From the NCBI RefSeq assembly GCF_009834535.1, contig NC_045696.1:26538001-26602000 (forward strand): 64,000 nt of DNA, in the 5' to 3' direction. Below the pieces are notes generated by a model. The model saw only the letters and a list, made by a program, of their open reading frames with translations. It searched no databases and had not been told where the DNA came from. Positions 13,151 to 25,998 of this stretch are shown one piece after another; within the stretch, counting starts at the first letter, position 1, and each line of letters starts with the position of its first letter. Position numbers and translations under genes: made by a program. This DNA comes from Camelus ferus (lineage: Eukaryota).

Positions 13151-15929
13151 TTTTGTAAAAATCCTTTTTGCTTAGAAGAGATGCCTCATTAGAACTGGTT
13201 AGGGATTATGTAAGACTAGAACCCATTATCTAAATGTGGGTAGATGGGTTCCAGAATTATTTAGCATTAAGCATATCAAGTAGCTCTTTAAAACCAGAGA
13301 TGATACAGGGTCTGGTTAAGAATAAGTGCTAATGGAATTATTAAATGTATAAATCATATCTTTCTACTCAGCCACAGGCTGTTCTACTTAAATGTATGCA
13401 CTGAAGGGCAGACTCTTGTTTGGTTTCTGACCGGGGACAGCTAGTCAATCAAATAATTATTTCCCACTGTGTTTTTATAGAGCTTTCTACCCATGTCTTT
13501 CACAAATACTGTCTCATTTAATCCTTTTAGCCTATATTAATAATAGGATTAATATCTTCCATTTTATAGCAGAATAAACTGAAGTTCTTTGAAATTAATT
13601 TGTTTAGTACATGACATACAGGATTAGATGCTTGCTTCTTGTTACCCAATGTGTATTTACATAAAAGTTTTCTTCTCTTTTGAATGAACCATAGGAAAGA
13701 TGAATATTTGGTGGGTAGTGGATTGCTGGGTTTTTGAAAGAATCCTGTATAAGGGTAGTATGGCTTCATTCCAGAAAAACAGAGAAATGGAAAATTACAT
13801 ACAAACTCTTCGTAAACCAAGTTTCTCCAGCCCTCCCTAACTCATGGGTGCAATTTAGGTCACCTTTGCATTGCTACTGCAGTCTTACTAGCTTTGAGCT
13901 TCTGCTTCTCCACACAAAAGTTCTAATCCCAGCCACAGTTCACCACCAGCGTTTCTGATGTTCTCCACACTGACTGTGAGCCTGTCTAAGCTTCTACTCA
14001 CCATGGTCTAGGCACAAATTCTCTCCCTGGCCCTTTGGGCACCAGTGCTGACTTTCATTGCTCTCCTGTCTTCCTCTACAGGCAAGTCCCCGCACAGGGA
14101 AGAGAGGAGAGATCTTTTCAAGAGGCAAAAAGGAAGTTGGGGGGGCTAAAGTAAACAGAGTCAGTCGGAACAACTGAGAGTTCAAACTAGAGTTGGTTTT
14201 CTGTTGGCTGAGCTGTGACAATCTCTCATTAGCTGAACTGTTGACAGGCAAGAAGAGGAAGTCTTTCTTCTTCCTGTTGGGCTCTGCTATCTCATTAGGG
14301 AAAAAGAGCTTCCCCTTTTTTGTCTCCCAATTGTACTTTAATTGAAGTTTCTGTTTATTAATTTTTACTGGTGTTGCTGATGTAGAGATTTTCACTATTG
14401 CTGAGAGTTTAAAAAGGCACCCCTATAAGTTAATGAGGCAGAAAAGATGAAAAACTCACCACCACAGTAGCTCCTGCTACTGAGGCACATGTGTCTGGTA
14501 AGAATGGATGGAGAATGGATGAAAGAACCTTACCACAGAAAAGCAACGCATGGTTATACCAGTTGCTCTCCAGCATAACCAGTGAGGTGCAAGAGAATGA
14601 CTCTGCCTCATTCCTACCTTCCATTTCTTCTCAAAGTAAACCCAACTGGTGGAACCCAATTCTCTTCTGGAATCTTAGTGGCCAGAAAGTCTAGGAATGT
14701 TTTTAGCTTTCTAGTTTCTTCAACTTGAAAGAAGATAGAATGGAGTTAGAGAGAATAAATTCTCACTTTTCCTCAGTCTGTGCCCACAAGGGATTTACAA
14801 GCTTAATGAAATGACAAGATTAACATAATGTGACAAGATTAGAGATGGGGCATGAGCTAAGTGGAGTATTACGGCTTAAGGTCAATAGAAGATCAGAGAA
14901 AAAGGGGATTAGAGTATATTGGAGAATTCAGGGGAAGTTTCATGGAAAAACTCAGCTTTCAGTTGGGGCTTAAAAAGATGGTAAGAATTGAGCAAACATA
15001 GAAAATAAAAAGGTGTTTCATGCAGGTGGACGATAAGAACAAAGGCCTGGATTAATGCACATGACAGCAGGTAGGTAGTCTGATTCTTGGAAAACACAAT
15101 CAAGGGTGGTGATAACAGAATTTCAAAATACAAAGGACTTTAAAAATTGTAATAAAAGATTAAATACATTGCATGTGGGTATACATGTACTAAATGTCCA
15201 TAACATGCAGTTATATAATTATGTAAAATAATGGATGTTATTGTCAATCAGCAGATTTGTTTCTTTGCTGGATGATGAAGGACCTAGACTGAAGCACAGA
15301 AATATACATTGCTCCCAGATATCTCAACATCTTCTTCACCCCCGAACCTTGGTCATATTCGTGCAGGCACTGTGACAATCTTCAGACTTGCATTGGTTCC
15401 CTTATTACAAAAAGAAGCTTTCCCTGAACTCTCTAACCTTGATGCTTCCTTCCCCGTTGAGGGCGCTGCACTTGTCCTCCTGTCTTCCCAGCCACTGCCT
15501 GTGATCCTGTTTCTCAATGGGCAATTTTGTCAGTGTCGTGTAAACCTGTCTAATTTTGAGTCGTGCATATACTGGAAATTGCCTGCTACTTTGTCTCCTC
15601 ATTCAGATCATGTCTTCATCCATTTCAAGATATTAATAGTAATAATAATCACTTACTTGAGTACGTGTTATATTTCAGGAAATCCACTAGATGCTTTCCA
15701 AATACCATTTCAAATCCAAATGTGTTTTTCTTCCCATTTCATAGATGAAAGAACCAATGAGATTTATTTATTTAACCCCAGAGCCTGTAGCCTTTCCACT
15801 ATATCACAAATATCAAAACAAAACATATTTCCTTTATATTCTAGTAACTCAGATATCACAGCTTACAAAGTGTTGCTGTTGTTCGTAATCTCATCTGATC
15901 CTCAGACTAAGCCTGCAAATGAGAAAGGT

Positions 15930-17900
15930 GGAGAATTACCCTCTTGTTTTTTGTAGATTGGAGAAGCAACTAACTTCTAAGTCACCTGCCCTAGCAAGCT
16001 GAGTGTTCGATAACCATTATAATACCTTGGTAAAGTCTTAGATGAAGTAAGTTTTATTCCATATGCATTAGATAGATGGACACATAGATAAATTGTTAGG
16101 TAAATGGGTTCACTTAAGGATTTGAAGGATTTGAAGTTTAGAGAAATTGAAAGCTTAGAGAATTGAAAGTTTGGAAACTTTCTAATATCACAAGGAATAT
16201 ATGTATTCTGTTACAGTATAAAATGACAATATAGTTATGATAAAACATTTTCTTATATAATTGATTCATTCTTGATTGCAGTTATTCATGACCTCTACCT
16301 GCACATGAATGTCACATCTCACATTTTAGACAAAGGAAACAAATCAAACATCAGTCACCTTTCTGGGTCTCTAGCCGATCTCTAATGTTGTCTGTTAGTA
16401 AGTGCATTACTTTCAATAGTGGAAGAGTCAAAAGAACCTTGCTGGCTTTTTTTTTTCCCCCAGTAGGCTCTTTACTGCTAAGGATCTCAGAAAAGTATGC
16501 TTCAGCCAACTTACACACATATGTTTATATTATGTTGGAAGATGACTTTTCTATTGAGGTTCATTATGTATGTAGGTAGTTGTTTTTGAAAGTGCTAATA
16601 AAAGTGGTAACCTCAGAAAATAAAGCTTAACCTCAAATTTTTAAAAAATAGAATTTTAGTTATTTGTCAGGATGTGGGAAAGAATTATAACTTCACAATG
16701 ACCTCCAGTTCTCAAATTTCATCTTTCAGCAATTAGACTCCACAACCAGCCTGCCCTTTTCCAATCAAGAAACAAAAATTTATGCCTATGTGGCATCAAA
16801 AATTCCTTGGTTATAATCAAGAGGAACATAAAGGTGAACATTTTCATTAGTGCATGTCATGAACATTGTAGAAAAAGGAATTATAACCCACCCCAGTCCA
16901 ATCCATCTTCCCTGAGGAGCCATTTAAATGAAAAGGAAAAGAGAGAAAAATCCTTAATCCTTAGTTTTTCGGTTACTCCAACTCCTTGAAATAAGTTTTA
17001 AAGTTACACAGGAAAGTTCTCAAGGAACAGCACAGCCTGCTTGATCTCAGCTGGAGCCATGTACAACAACTGTAAGTTAGAGACTGATTACATCAGGAAT
17101 AATGCTTTCAATTTTAAAACCAGTGCTATTGATTGAAATCCAAGAGACAGATGTGAGTCTTATGCCTCAATGTGAGTTAATACATTTTTCCATATATTTA
17201 TTAATTATGGCCATTGCAAGACAAAGAAAATTAAGGATAATGTATCATTTGTTCAGGCCTCATTGAACACTTCATAATTACATAAAATTTATATGAAAAT
17301 TCAGGTATTTTGCTTTCAAATCACAGGGAAGGAACTTTGTAGCTTAACCTTAAATTAAAAATTGTTGGTAAATAATCAGTTGTTGGCTGAATAATATATT
17401 ACCACTTCTGTAAAGGGCACAGAATCACCTTTTAGACTAGTAGATTTATTAATAGATATCCAAGCTGTCATTGATATGTGTATCTTTCTCAAAGGAGTAA
17501 ATTTTCAACTTGTCAACTCCCAAACTGTGTTGAATAAAATTAGATTTTCTTAACTTGTTGTGGATTAAACTAACATATATTTGATGTTACATAGGGCATG
17601 GCATTCCAGATTTTTACATTTGACCCTAGAACAACGAGGGGGTTAGACTGCCTCCCTGTTGTGCAGTCAAAACTAATAGTTGTATAATTTATAGTAGGCT
17701 CTCCATATGTGTTTCTTCCATTTCTGCAGTTCTGCATTTGTGGATTCAAACAGTGTTGGGTTGTGTAGCACTGTAGCATTGACTATGGAAAAAAATCCAT
17801 ATGTACGTGGACCTGCACAGTTCAAATACATGTTGTTCAAGGATCAATTATATTTGCTTATGCATTTTGATATTGAAAATTTTCATTATGCTGTCTTCAC
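15930..17900 (-). pseudogene. TM6/TOP/TM7-TM11 and C-tail remnant (polycystin cation-channel-like domain)
   Basis: IQHSL..SFEK..ALY..PCDL; NSTGF; WL..RSSRAVLFLE..NLF; IITKEFL..RHKFLF; AYW..VLLTLPLLKVMHLLTDN; ESFQTF; EPIYLTIYL (cf. PKD2 GPIYFTTFV); GDLEV (cf. DYEMV). Confidence 0.75.
17617..17849. mobile_element. Tigger2/MER8-like TcMar MITE
   Basis: TIRs catttgaccctagaacaac...gttgttcaaggatcaatta, flanked by TA; internal gaaaaaaatccatatgtacgtggacctgcacagttcaaa. Confidence 0.8.
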
Positions 17901-18039
17901 ACATTTTATATTATCTCATTTAATTCTTATAATCACACAAATGGTCTTATTTGTATGTACAACCGTCCCTGCTTTCCTGTTGAAACAAACTAAATTCAGT
18001 ATCACACAGCTGGAATTTGGCTGGGCTGCCAGTTACACC

Positions 18040-18465
18040 TAGCTTTGTCTAATTTCCAGTCTTTGATATATTGCATATCTGACTTAAAATCTTCGTATCT
18101 CCCTGAATCCATGCCCTTTATAGGGTTTCCTACTATTGTCTGGTGAACTGAGTTTATCTGTGGCACTTGCCTTGACCAATGGAATTCCAGCATTCATGAT
18201 ACAAGCAAAGTTTGATCTGAGTTTATGCAATGGGACTTGATCACTTGTGGCTCTCTCATTGCCAGCAGAAGAACATTCTCAGCCAGTCTTCTGGTTCCAG
18301 AAAGAAAATGAGACATGAAGAGGAGAACCTCTCTGGGTAAGCTGCCCAGAGTAAGCAGTAAAGAACAGAATTTTCTCAGACTAGCAAACTGCGGAGGAGT
18401 AAATTCAGTCAACCCAGCTAAATTCAGCCTAGACCAACTGTCTGTGGTGTTTACAGATGTGTGAG
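18040..18465 (-). pseudogene. TM4-TM5 exon remnant
   Basis: tcctttcAG acceptor; PPQFASLRKFCSLLL vs PKD1 PAWCASLAHGLSLLL; FFLEP (cf. FLGWEP); KLDKAR. Confidence 0.7.
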
Positions 18466-18659
18466 CTGAAAGGATAAACAATCTTTGTTTTGCGTGACGG
18501 GTGATTTGCTATGTTGCACTTGATAACCTACACAAAATTGTATGCTTTTTCCCTAGCATCTTGCAGATAATGAAATGAAACACAATACCTGATAGAAACT
18601 TACAGAAGTGTTGAGATATCTTTGCTATCATTGGGTAAGGAAAGTTTAACACTAATGTT

Positions 18660-20390
18660 AAGAAGCAGGAGGAGAGGGACCAAGATAGTGTCATAGGAGT
18701 CACCTAAACTTTTCCTTTCCATGAACACACTGACTTTACAGTGACACATGGAACAATTCCCTTTAAAAGAAATCCACAAACTAGCTGAGTGGCTCCTACA
18801 CATCAGGGGAATGGGAAAATACCCACATTGAAATGAACAGAAAAGGCTGAGATGTACTCTCCTCATAAAACCCACTCCCGTCACAGTGCCATGCAATCAG
18901 GAGGAAAGCTCCAACTCCCAGATTCTCCATGAAAAGCAAAGGGTTTAGACTGTATGTCTAACACTCCACCTTTGTAGACTTTCACTCAGGGGATGGAACC
19001 CTAATACACCTAGCTCTGAAGACTGAAGGGATATATGTCCACAAGATCCACAGGACTGTAGCAAACAAAGAAGCAGTTCTGATAAGCCCCCAACAGATAT
19101 TTCAGAAGCTGAAATGAAAGGATGGTAATTTTAGCATGAAAACATGTAAAAATATAAAACTCACTGGTAAAGGTAAATATGTAGTTAAAAATTTAGAATA
19201 CCCTAATATCATAACAGTGATAGGTACACTACTTATAACTCTAGTTATTTTTGCCTAAAATAGACTGCTATAAAAAATAAGATGTTTTATGTAAGCCTCA
19301 GTAACTGCAAAACAAAGACCTATGGTAGATACACAAAAGATAAAGAGAAAGAAATCTAAGCATCCCACTAAAAGAAAACCATCGTATCACAAAGGCAGGG
19401 AGCAAGAGAAGAAGAAAGGGACAAAGGACTTACAAAAGAGCCGGAAAGCAGTTAGCAAAACGACAATAGTTATGTCCAAACCTGTCAACAATTACTTTAA
19501 ATGTAAATGGGAAAAATAATTCTTAAAAGACTGGCTGGATGGATTTAAAAAAAAAAAAGACCCAACTACATGCTGCGTACCTTTGCACATTGTGGATGGG
19601 AATGTAAATTGATGTAGCCATTATGGAAAACAGTACGGAGGTTCCATAAGAAATTAAACACAGAACTGCCATATGATCCAGTAATCCCATTTCTGGGTAT
19701 ATCTCAAAAAAAAAAAAAAAAAAAAAACCACCCCACAAAATTGCTAATACTAACTTGAAAAGATATCTGCAGCCCCATGTTCATAGCAGCATTATTTATA
19801 ACAGCTAAGACATGGAAACAACCCAAGTGTCCATGAATGAATGAATGAAGAAAGAAAATACACACACACACAGGGAAATATCATTCATCCCTACAAAAGA
19901 AGGAAACTCTGCTGTTTACAACAATATGGATAAACTTGGAGGACATTATGCTGGATGAAATAAGCCGGACACAGAAAGACAAATACTGCATGATAACACT
20001 TACATGTAGAGTACAAAAGAAAAAAGGTTAAACTCAATGAAGCAGAGAGTAGAATAATGGTTGCCATGGGGCTGGGGGCTGGGGAAAAAAGGAGAGGCTG
20101 GTAAAAAGGTACAAACTTTCAGTTTTGTAAGATGAATACGTTCTATGCATCTAATATATAACCTGGTGACTATAGTTGATAATACTATATTATATAATAG
20201 AAATTTGCTAAGAGAGTAGAACTTGTGTTCTCATCAACAACAAAAACAGTAAATATGTGAGGTGATGTATGTATTAATGAACTCAATGGGAATCCTTTCA
20301 CCATGTGTACATATCACGAATTATTGTGTTGCACACTTTAAATAGCTGACAATTTTATTTGTCACTTATACCACAACAAAGATGAAAAGA
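18660..20390 (+). mobile_element. Fragmented L1 (5' region, ORF1/ORF2 junction, ORF2 end and 3' UTR)
   Basis: gaatgtaaattgatgtagccattatggaaaacag...catatgatccagtaatccc...atgttcatagcagcattatttata; A-rich 3' end. Confidence 0.9.
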
Positions 20391-20539
20391 AGAGGTTGGA
20401 AGGACTGGGTTTAGGTGACACATTAATTTTTCCATCTAAAACAGTTCTTAGTGACTTCTTTTAGTCTAGGGCAAAAGATGAGAACCAAAAGGAAGGAAAA
20501 GTACTGTCCCAAATGTAACGTAGTGACACACGTCAAGAG

Positions 20540-21023
20540 GAGCTATTCCCGACTGGCTCTTCCACTCCCTTTGTAAGCAGTGCTTGCAGAGGTGTAAATA
20601 CTGGCCAGACTAACCTCTGTACTTAAAGTAACCATGGAGAGTTGCAATATTCTATCAGGAATTGGCAAATTATAGCCCATGGGCCACACTAGCCCACTGC
20701 TTGTTTTCATAAATAAAGTTTCATTGCTCTAAAGTGCTATAGGAGGTCAAGACTGGAAGATCCAGGATCAGAGTAGGAAAGTACAGCCGGGGTGTCGAGA
20801 AAGGGCAGTGTGTAGGTGTGGCTGGCGCTGTGGTTGAGGTTGTCGTGATCCAAGTTAACAAAGTGTGAAAGGAGGTATGATTTCAGGGAATTCTCACTGG
20901 TGTCCGCTGTGAGATTTAAGGCCAACTCTTCTGTCATTTGCTTGTTGCAGAAAATTCCTTACTGGCATACCTTCTTTAATAAAATCTTACTTTGATGCGA
21001 CACCTTGACAATATTGGTGCCAT
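20540..21023 (-). pseudogene. TM2-TM3 region remnant, interrupted by MER58
   Basis: ctttcAG acceptor; FVNLDH..PFS..GCTFLL, and after the transposon LVWPVFTPLQALL vs PKD1 VVYPVYLAILFLF. Confidence 0.5.
20656..20726 (+). mobile_element. MER58-like hAT fragment
   Basis: caggaattggcaaattatagcccatgggccac...gttttcataaataaagtttcattg; right flank ctctaaag fits the hAT-Charlie target consensus. Confidence 0.7.
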
Positions 21024-21603
21024 CTGAAAGATTTTATTTGATTTCTAGGTAGAAATTTGAGCCAGGAGAAAAAGGACACTCTTGGTAGGCAGCCAGGTCC
21101 AGGTGTGTTTTCTTTAAAACATCTTGTGCATGTGTATGTGTATTTTTTAAAGGTATTTCTCAGACACTGTCCCAGCAGCACATACATTTATATTTGGGTA
21201 TAGGTTAAAGTCTACACAGTGTTACCAGGTATATGCTGCCTGACCATATTTAGGGGCACACTGAAATATTAGGCATTTTGTGCATCCTTGAGCCCTAACA
21301 AATCCTGAAGGACCAAATCCTACCCTTCTGTACACCTCAAAGTTCCTCTGAGTGCTTTCAAATTACAGTGGTGGCTACATTCCCGCTTTCTATTTGCCTG
21401 TCCTTTGTCTGTTTCCACAGTCCTCCTTGCCGTGTAATCACTCGTTCTCCCATTTATCACAGCCTTGCCTGGTCCTGACTACACTATCTCCCCGTTTTTG
21501 TCATGGTGCACTGGTACATTACAAATACAATTAAACCTCTTACAATACTGAGGCTTTTGGCCAACACATCCCAGCTTCAAGGTTGAAAGATTTCTGATAT
21601 TAC

Positions 21604-22085
21604 CTTCGATATCACTTCTTTCCCATTTATTGGCAGTGTCCGGACTAATGCAGTAGAGTTGCATTAATTAAAGGAAGCATCTAGTAATACTGCTGTTTTT
21701 GCCAGTCCGACACTGAATCGGGAGCCCGACGCCTGCTCATGTTTTAAGAACCATTTATCACCCATGTCATCCAAAGCAGCCAGCTGTCTGAGCCAAGCCT
21801 CATTTGCATTTCATCAACCACAGGCTCTCTTTCCCCATCTCACTCTCAACTCTTTGTATAGCGGCTCTAATTTTTTTTTTAAAGCACATTTTTTTTTCAA
21901 AGAAGGAGCTTAGCTAAAATTAGTATGCTATGTAGAAAGATGATTTGAATACCAGACACAAGTCTCCATACTGGTTGTGGCCAGAATAAGCAAGAGAGAC
22001 TGTGCACTGGATTTGCTCTTTCTTTTGGTGAGATGGAGAGTTGTAGCCATTACTCTGCTTCCCAATATTACTATATGACCTTCAT
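21604..22085 (-). pseudogene. PLAT/LH2 domain exon remnant
   Basis: HIVILGS..TLHL..LILAT..CVWYSN..EAWLRQLAALDDMGDKWFL..LVRTLPI; aag|GTaata donor. Confidence 0.6.
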
Positions 22086-22469
22086 CGATATTCATACTCA
22101 ATAATAAACGCAAAGATTCAATTTCACTCCTGATCATGAAAACAATTTTTATAGTAATAAATGAAATGTATTTGATTCCATTTCATCCTTCATTTTGGAC
22201 TTGGCTTAGTGTTCTACCACCCTCTCCAATCCTACATTATAGAACCTTCTTCTCTACCCACCAAAGCTTTTAAAGATCCATCTTGAGTCAAAATTTCCTC
22301 AACCTGAGCAAAATCAGCATATGAAACAGTGCAATTTGGAACTATTTTGCAGTAAGTTTTGCACTTGTCTTCATAATTTTAAAACCTGTGTAATTAATGA
22401 ACATACTTTTTCTTTTTTCATATGTAAGTCTTCAATATAATCAATCACCCTTTTCTATTAATCTAAATC

Positions 22470-22865
22470 TTAATACCACTTGAGAAAATTTGGTTTTTTC
22501 CTTTCCAAAGCACAGAGATAATTCCCCCATCTCCCTGAAGCATCTTCTGAATAAATACCTTTTTGTGGAGCTTATGCAGAATGTGTGTGTGTGTGTGTAT
22601 GTATGAAGAGAGACAGAGAGAGAGAAGTATTATGTTGTCACTGTGCACGGACTTGTCCGCCCTCAATGTTTTGCCTAAACCAAATCTCTGGAGATCATTT
22701 TTAGGGGCAATCATACCCTTTTATGTTCTTGCTTCTTAACCCAGATGGTCAACAACAGTGGACACCTGTCTCTCACTGAGACCATATGATAAAGGTCATT
22801 TAACAGCCTTTCCTGATAATGCCCTTTAGTCCCTGTGGGTTTGGTTTCAGATTCCATTCAGTGAC
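22470..22865 (-). pseudogene. GPS motif + TM1 exon remnant
   Basis: tttctAG acceptor; KGC..ETGVHCC-DHL; then NIILLSLCLSSY..ILHKLHK vs PKD1 NYIVMLTCAVCLVTY..ILHKLDQ. Confidence 0.8.
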
Positions 22866-23189
22866 CTAGAAACTTGAAAGCTCTGTATCCAAAGCTAATC
22901 CCTTGGGATTTCTAGTCCTCAATAGGTAATTATTTCAACAAGTTTCTCTCTGAAAAGAAAGTAGTCTTTTGGAATTTCTTTTAAATTAAATAGGAAAATA
23001 AGGACTTTGTATGTATTAGATTTAGTTTACATCTAAGACACGTTTCAAGATTAATATGATTTAAATTTTAGCCACAGACATGTAGAGCAAAAGAATAAAT
23101 GCTTTTTAATAAACTCCGCAAAAATAGGTTTTAATTTGATTTTAGGTTAAGAGTTTGTGATTTACTAGTATGTAGTTGATAATCTTTCT

Positions 23190-23751
23190 AATCCGTTCTC
23201 AAACACCTTGCATTTTTAAAGCAGCAAAATGTGTTTCAGTAGGGAGAGGTATGTTCTAGAATCCCTTTTAATTCAACCAGGATAGTATCAATCATTACAT
23301 AAACAATATGAGCTTGTTTTCCATTAACTTGAAAATATAATGTTGATTCTTCTGAACCCACATTCATCCTTCAAACAGTAAACTGGTTTTCTGTAGCTTG
23401 TGTGTTGCCATTTATTCACAAAGATTCATGGAGGAGACATTAATTCTTTTACATTTTTTCATATCTTCTTCTAATACCTTTATTTTCTATGTATTTCCCT
23501 TTGGATTTACGAACTAAGACCTTAATGCTTGAAGTTCAAACTTTTTCCCTGAGCTTTTATGCATGTAAATCTCCTTTTACATCACAACTCTTCCTGCCAG
23601 ATCCAAGGTTATTAAAATATGTTCACATCTATGTATATGGATTGTATCATTAATAACATTTTTTGTAAACAGTTTGACTGCTCTAGTTTGCTTTCATATT
23701 TTTTCATGATCCAGGCAATATCATGGATTTTGAGAGACGAAATAAGGGTTT
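23190..23751 (-). pseudogene. GAIN-B exon remnant(s)
   Basis: ttcttcttaatgtcAG acceptor at 23752 and aag|GTatta donor at 23477; protein-like degraded frames on both sides of the donor; weak motif support. Confidence 0.3.
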
Positions 23752-24620
23752 CTGACATTAAGAAGAATGGATTTAATGAAACCAGCTTTCTGTTAGTTTG
23801 TTTCTGAAGAGATTATGTCCCTCTTTAGCAAAAGCACAATAAAATTGTCATGGAAGGTGTCTGTGGGTTGTAGGATGGACTGTTTTAAACACTGATTGGG
23901 TATGCACATGCAGCCTTTTTCTGATACATTTTCATTTTAGAATTATTTCAGATTTTACAGAAAAATTGCAAATACAGCACAGAGAATTCGCATACACTCC
24001 ACACCCAGTTTCCTCTCCTGTTAGTTTCTAACATTCATAGTGGACCTTTGTCACAGCTAAAGAACCAATATTGATATACTGACTAAAGGTCATACTTTAT
24101 TCAAACAGATTTTCTTAGTTTTTACTGAATGTCATGAAATCATTCTGATAAGAAAAAAACATTTATGGTGTACATCTCCAGATGACCACTTCTATATAAA
24201 AGTGTGCGGCTGTGTGTGGTGGGGGGAGTTGGGGGGAGGGAAAGGACCCTTCTGTCTCAGCTGTAACTTTGAAGTTCACAGTTTTAAACCATGGCATTTT
24301 TCTAAATTTATTAGCCACCTGAGCTTAACTCAAGTTACTTTGCTTCCCTCAGTCTTAATCCCCTTCTGTAAATATGAGTATTACAATAATGCCTCTCAGA
24401 GAGAAGTGTGAGCATTCAATTCATTGCTGCAGATAACGTTTTTAATGCAGCATCTGGAACATGGTAAGTTCTCAATACACGTACTCAATAAATGTTGGCT
24501 ATTTGTCACTATTATTACTAACTTTGAAGCCTGAGGAGGAAGTGGCCTGAGCATGTTCAGACTGACAGAATGCTACTGTTGCTTCAGGCTGATCGGTATG
24601 TTTACACAACCAATATTCAC

Positions 24621-25037
24621 CTCATTTTCAGGTATAGTTCTTCAGAGGAGATCTACCTGATCTGACCAATAGGTATCAGGTATCTAGTAGTTAAAACTCA
24701 GTTGGAAAGGGAAAATCCTATTCTACCTGGTTTGGCTATAATTGTGGCTGAACTCTTCATTTTTACTAAATAATAGTGATGTTTGGATCTTCAAAGTTTT
24801 GTTTTATCACATCCCAAACATCTGGGGATTGTTGTTAAATAAAAACTTTAAATTCTGATAAAATACATAAAGAATTCCTTTTTTTCCCTATTAAATACTT
24901 TGTAATGGTGACTACTTAGCATTGTGCCTAGAGGAAAATATTTTCCAGGCATTCCCAAAATTTAATGTAAATGAACAAGTCTTTAAACTTCCTACTGTCC
25001 TCATATTTGCACCATAAAGGCTCAGACAAAAGATGTG
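24621..25037 (-). pseudogene. GAIN-B exon remnant
   Basis: Poly-T aaAG acceptor, gag|GTgaat donor; CLSLYGAN..KDLFIYIK and YLLVRSGRSPLKNY resemble polycystin-1-like GAIN-B motifs. Confidence 0.5.
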
Positions 25038-25119
25038 CTTTAAAAAAAAAAAAAACCAAAAACATGACATTTCTTTGAGGAAATATAAGAAGAAAAATGA
25101 AATAAAAAGAAATCAAAAT

Positions 25120-25601
25120 AAGAGTTTTGGAGGGTAGAGTTGTGACAACGGTATCAGATTGAAGGATGCAAATGTGGACTAGTTTCAATCAAAAATTAAA
25201 GAACAGCTACAGTTGTAGCAGCAAACCAAAGTATTGGCGTGCCTGTGGGGAGAGGGAATCAGACACGGATTTGATAGCCATTCAGACATTTTTTTCCAAC
25301 AGCAAGACTTTACAAATTGTGCAGTGGAAATAAAGATTTATAAATTGAGAAACCCAATATGCAGTCCACTCTAAGATAAATGCATCTCTGTGCATGTAGG
25401 TAGCTGTTTGAGCATGGCTTTGTGCTTTGTCAGTCATTAACAATGGTGATAGAAATAATAAGTTTGCAAGAGGCACCAGTGCTAATGATGATGCCACTGG
25501 TAAGAATGGAAGGAAGGCCACTGCTTTTAGGCAAAATTTAATGTTAGTCAAACCTTGGATGGGCTTATTTACACTTAGATTTTATGACTAAATATTGATA
25601 G
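25120..25601 (-). pseudogene. GAIN exon remnant
   Basis: ttttcttgtgtAG acceptor after a short intron; IQGLTNI, ICKVLL, FLIETSP (cf. FLVDSNP); 3' end approximate. Confidence 0.4.
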
Positions 25602-25675
25602 CTACACAAGAAAAATCTATACCATTAAAATTTCTGTAGTTCAAGAAACTCATTACAATTCTGAATTTCTCTAAC

Positions 25676-25998
25676 CTGAGAATTGATTTCATATCAATTA
25701 ATTTTTTGATACACAAAAAGTAGATTTTTTTGTAAACAGGAATGAGGGTGCTCAGGTTAAACTGTAGTATGAAAATCATTCTTTCTTCATATGCATATCC
25801 CGTTTCTGTCCTTGCTCAGAGTATCGTCTTTCACAGATCAACATAAATCTCTTCTCTACTGATTTCTCAGAGTACTGCATATTCAATCAGCGTCCACAAA
25901 CCTCAGATACAGAATGTTGAATTCCTCCTGTCATTGAAAACTAGGATGAGTTATTCAGTGGTAGAAAGAAATTCAGGAGCACTGGGAACCACATGGAC
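25676..25998 (-). pseudogene. GAIN-A exon remnant
   Basis: AG/GT intact; VHVVP..LIEYAVL..CIKKLIDMKSILR vs PKD1 VIEYSLAL..TLHKLEAMMLILQ. Confidence 0.55.

Noticed and set aside
13994..14395. 133-aa minus-strand ORF just downstream of the pseudogene
   Set aside because: It lies in LTR-like sequence and has no polycystin C-tail or other recognisable motif.
15309..15956. Longest ORF in the track (215 aa, plus strand)
   Set aside because: It starts at TTG, runs through L2/MIR-like repeat sequence and shows no recognisable domain; probably a chance ORF.
19322..19738. ORFs inside the 18.7-20.4 kb element
   Set aside because: They are out-of-frame or antisense translations of a degraded L1; no intact ORF1 or ORF2.
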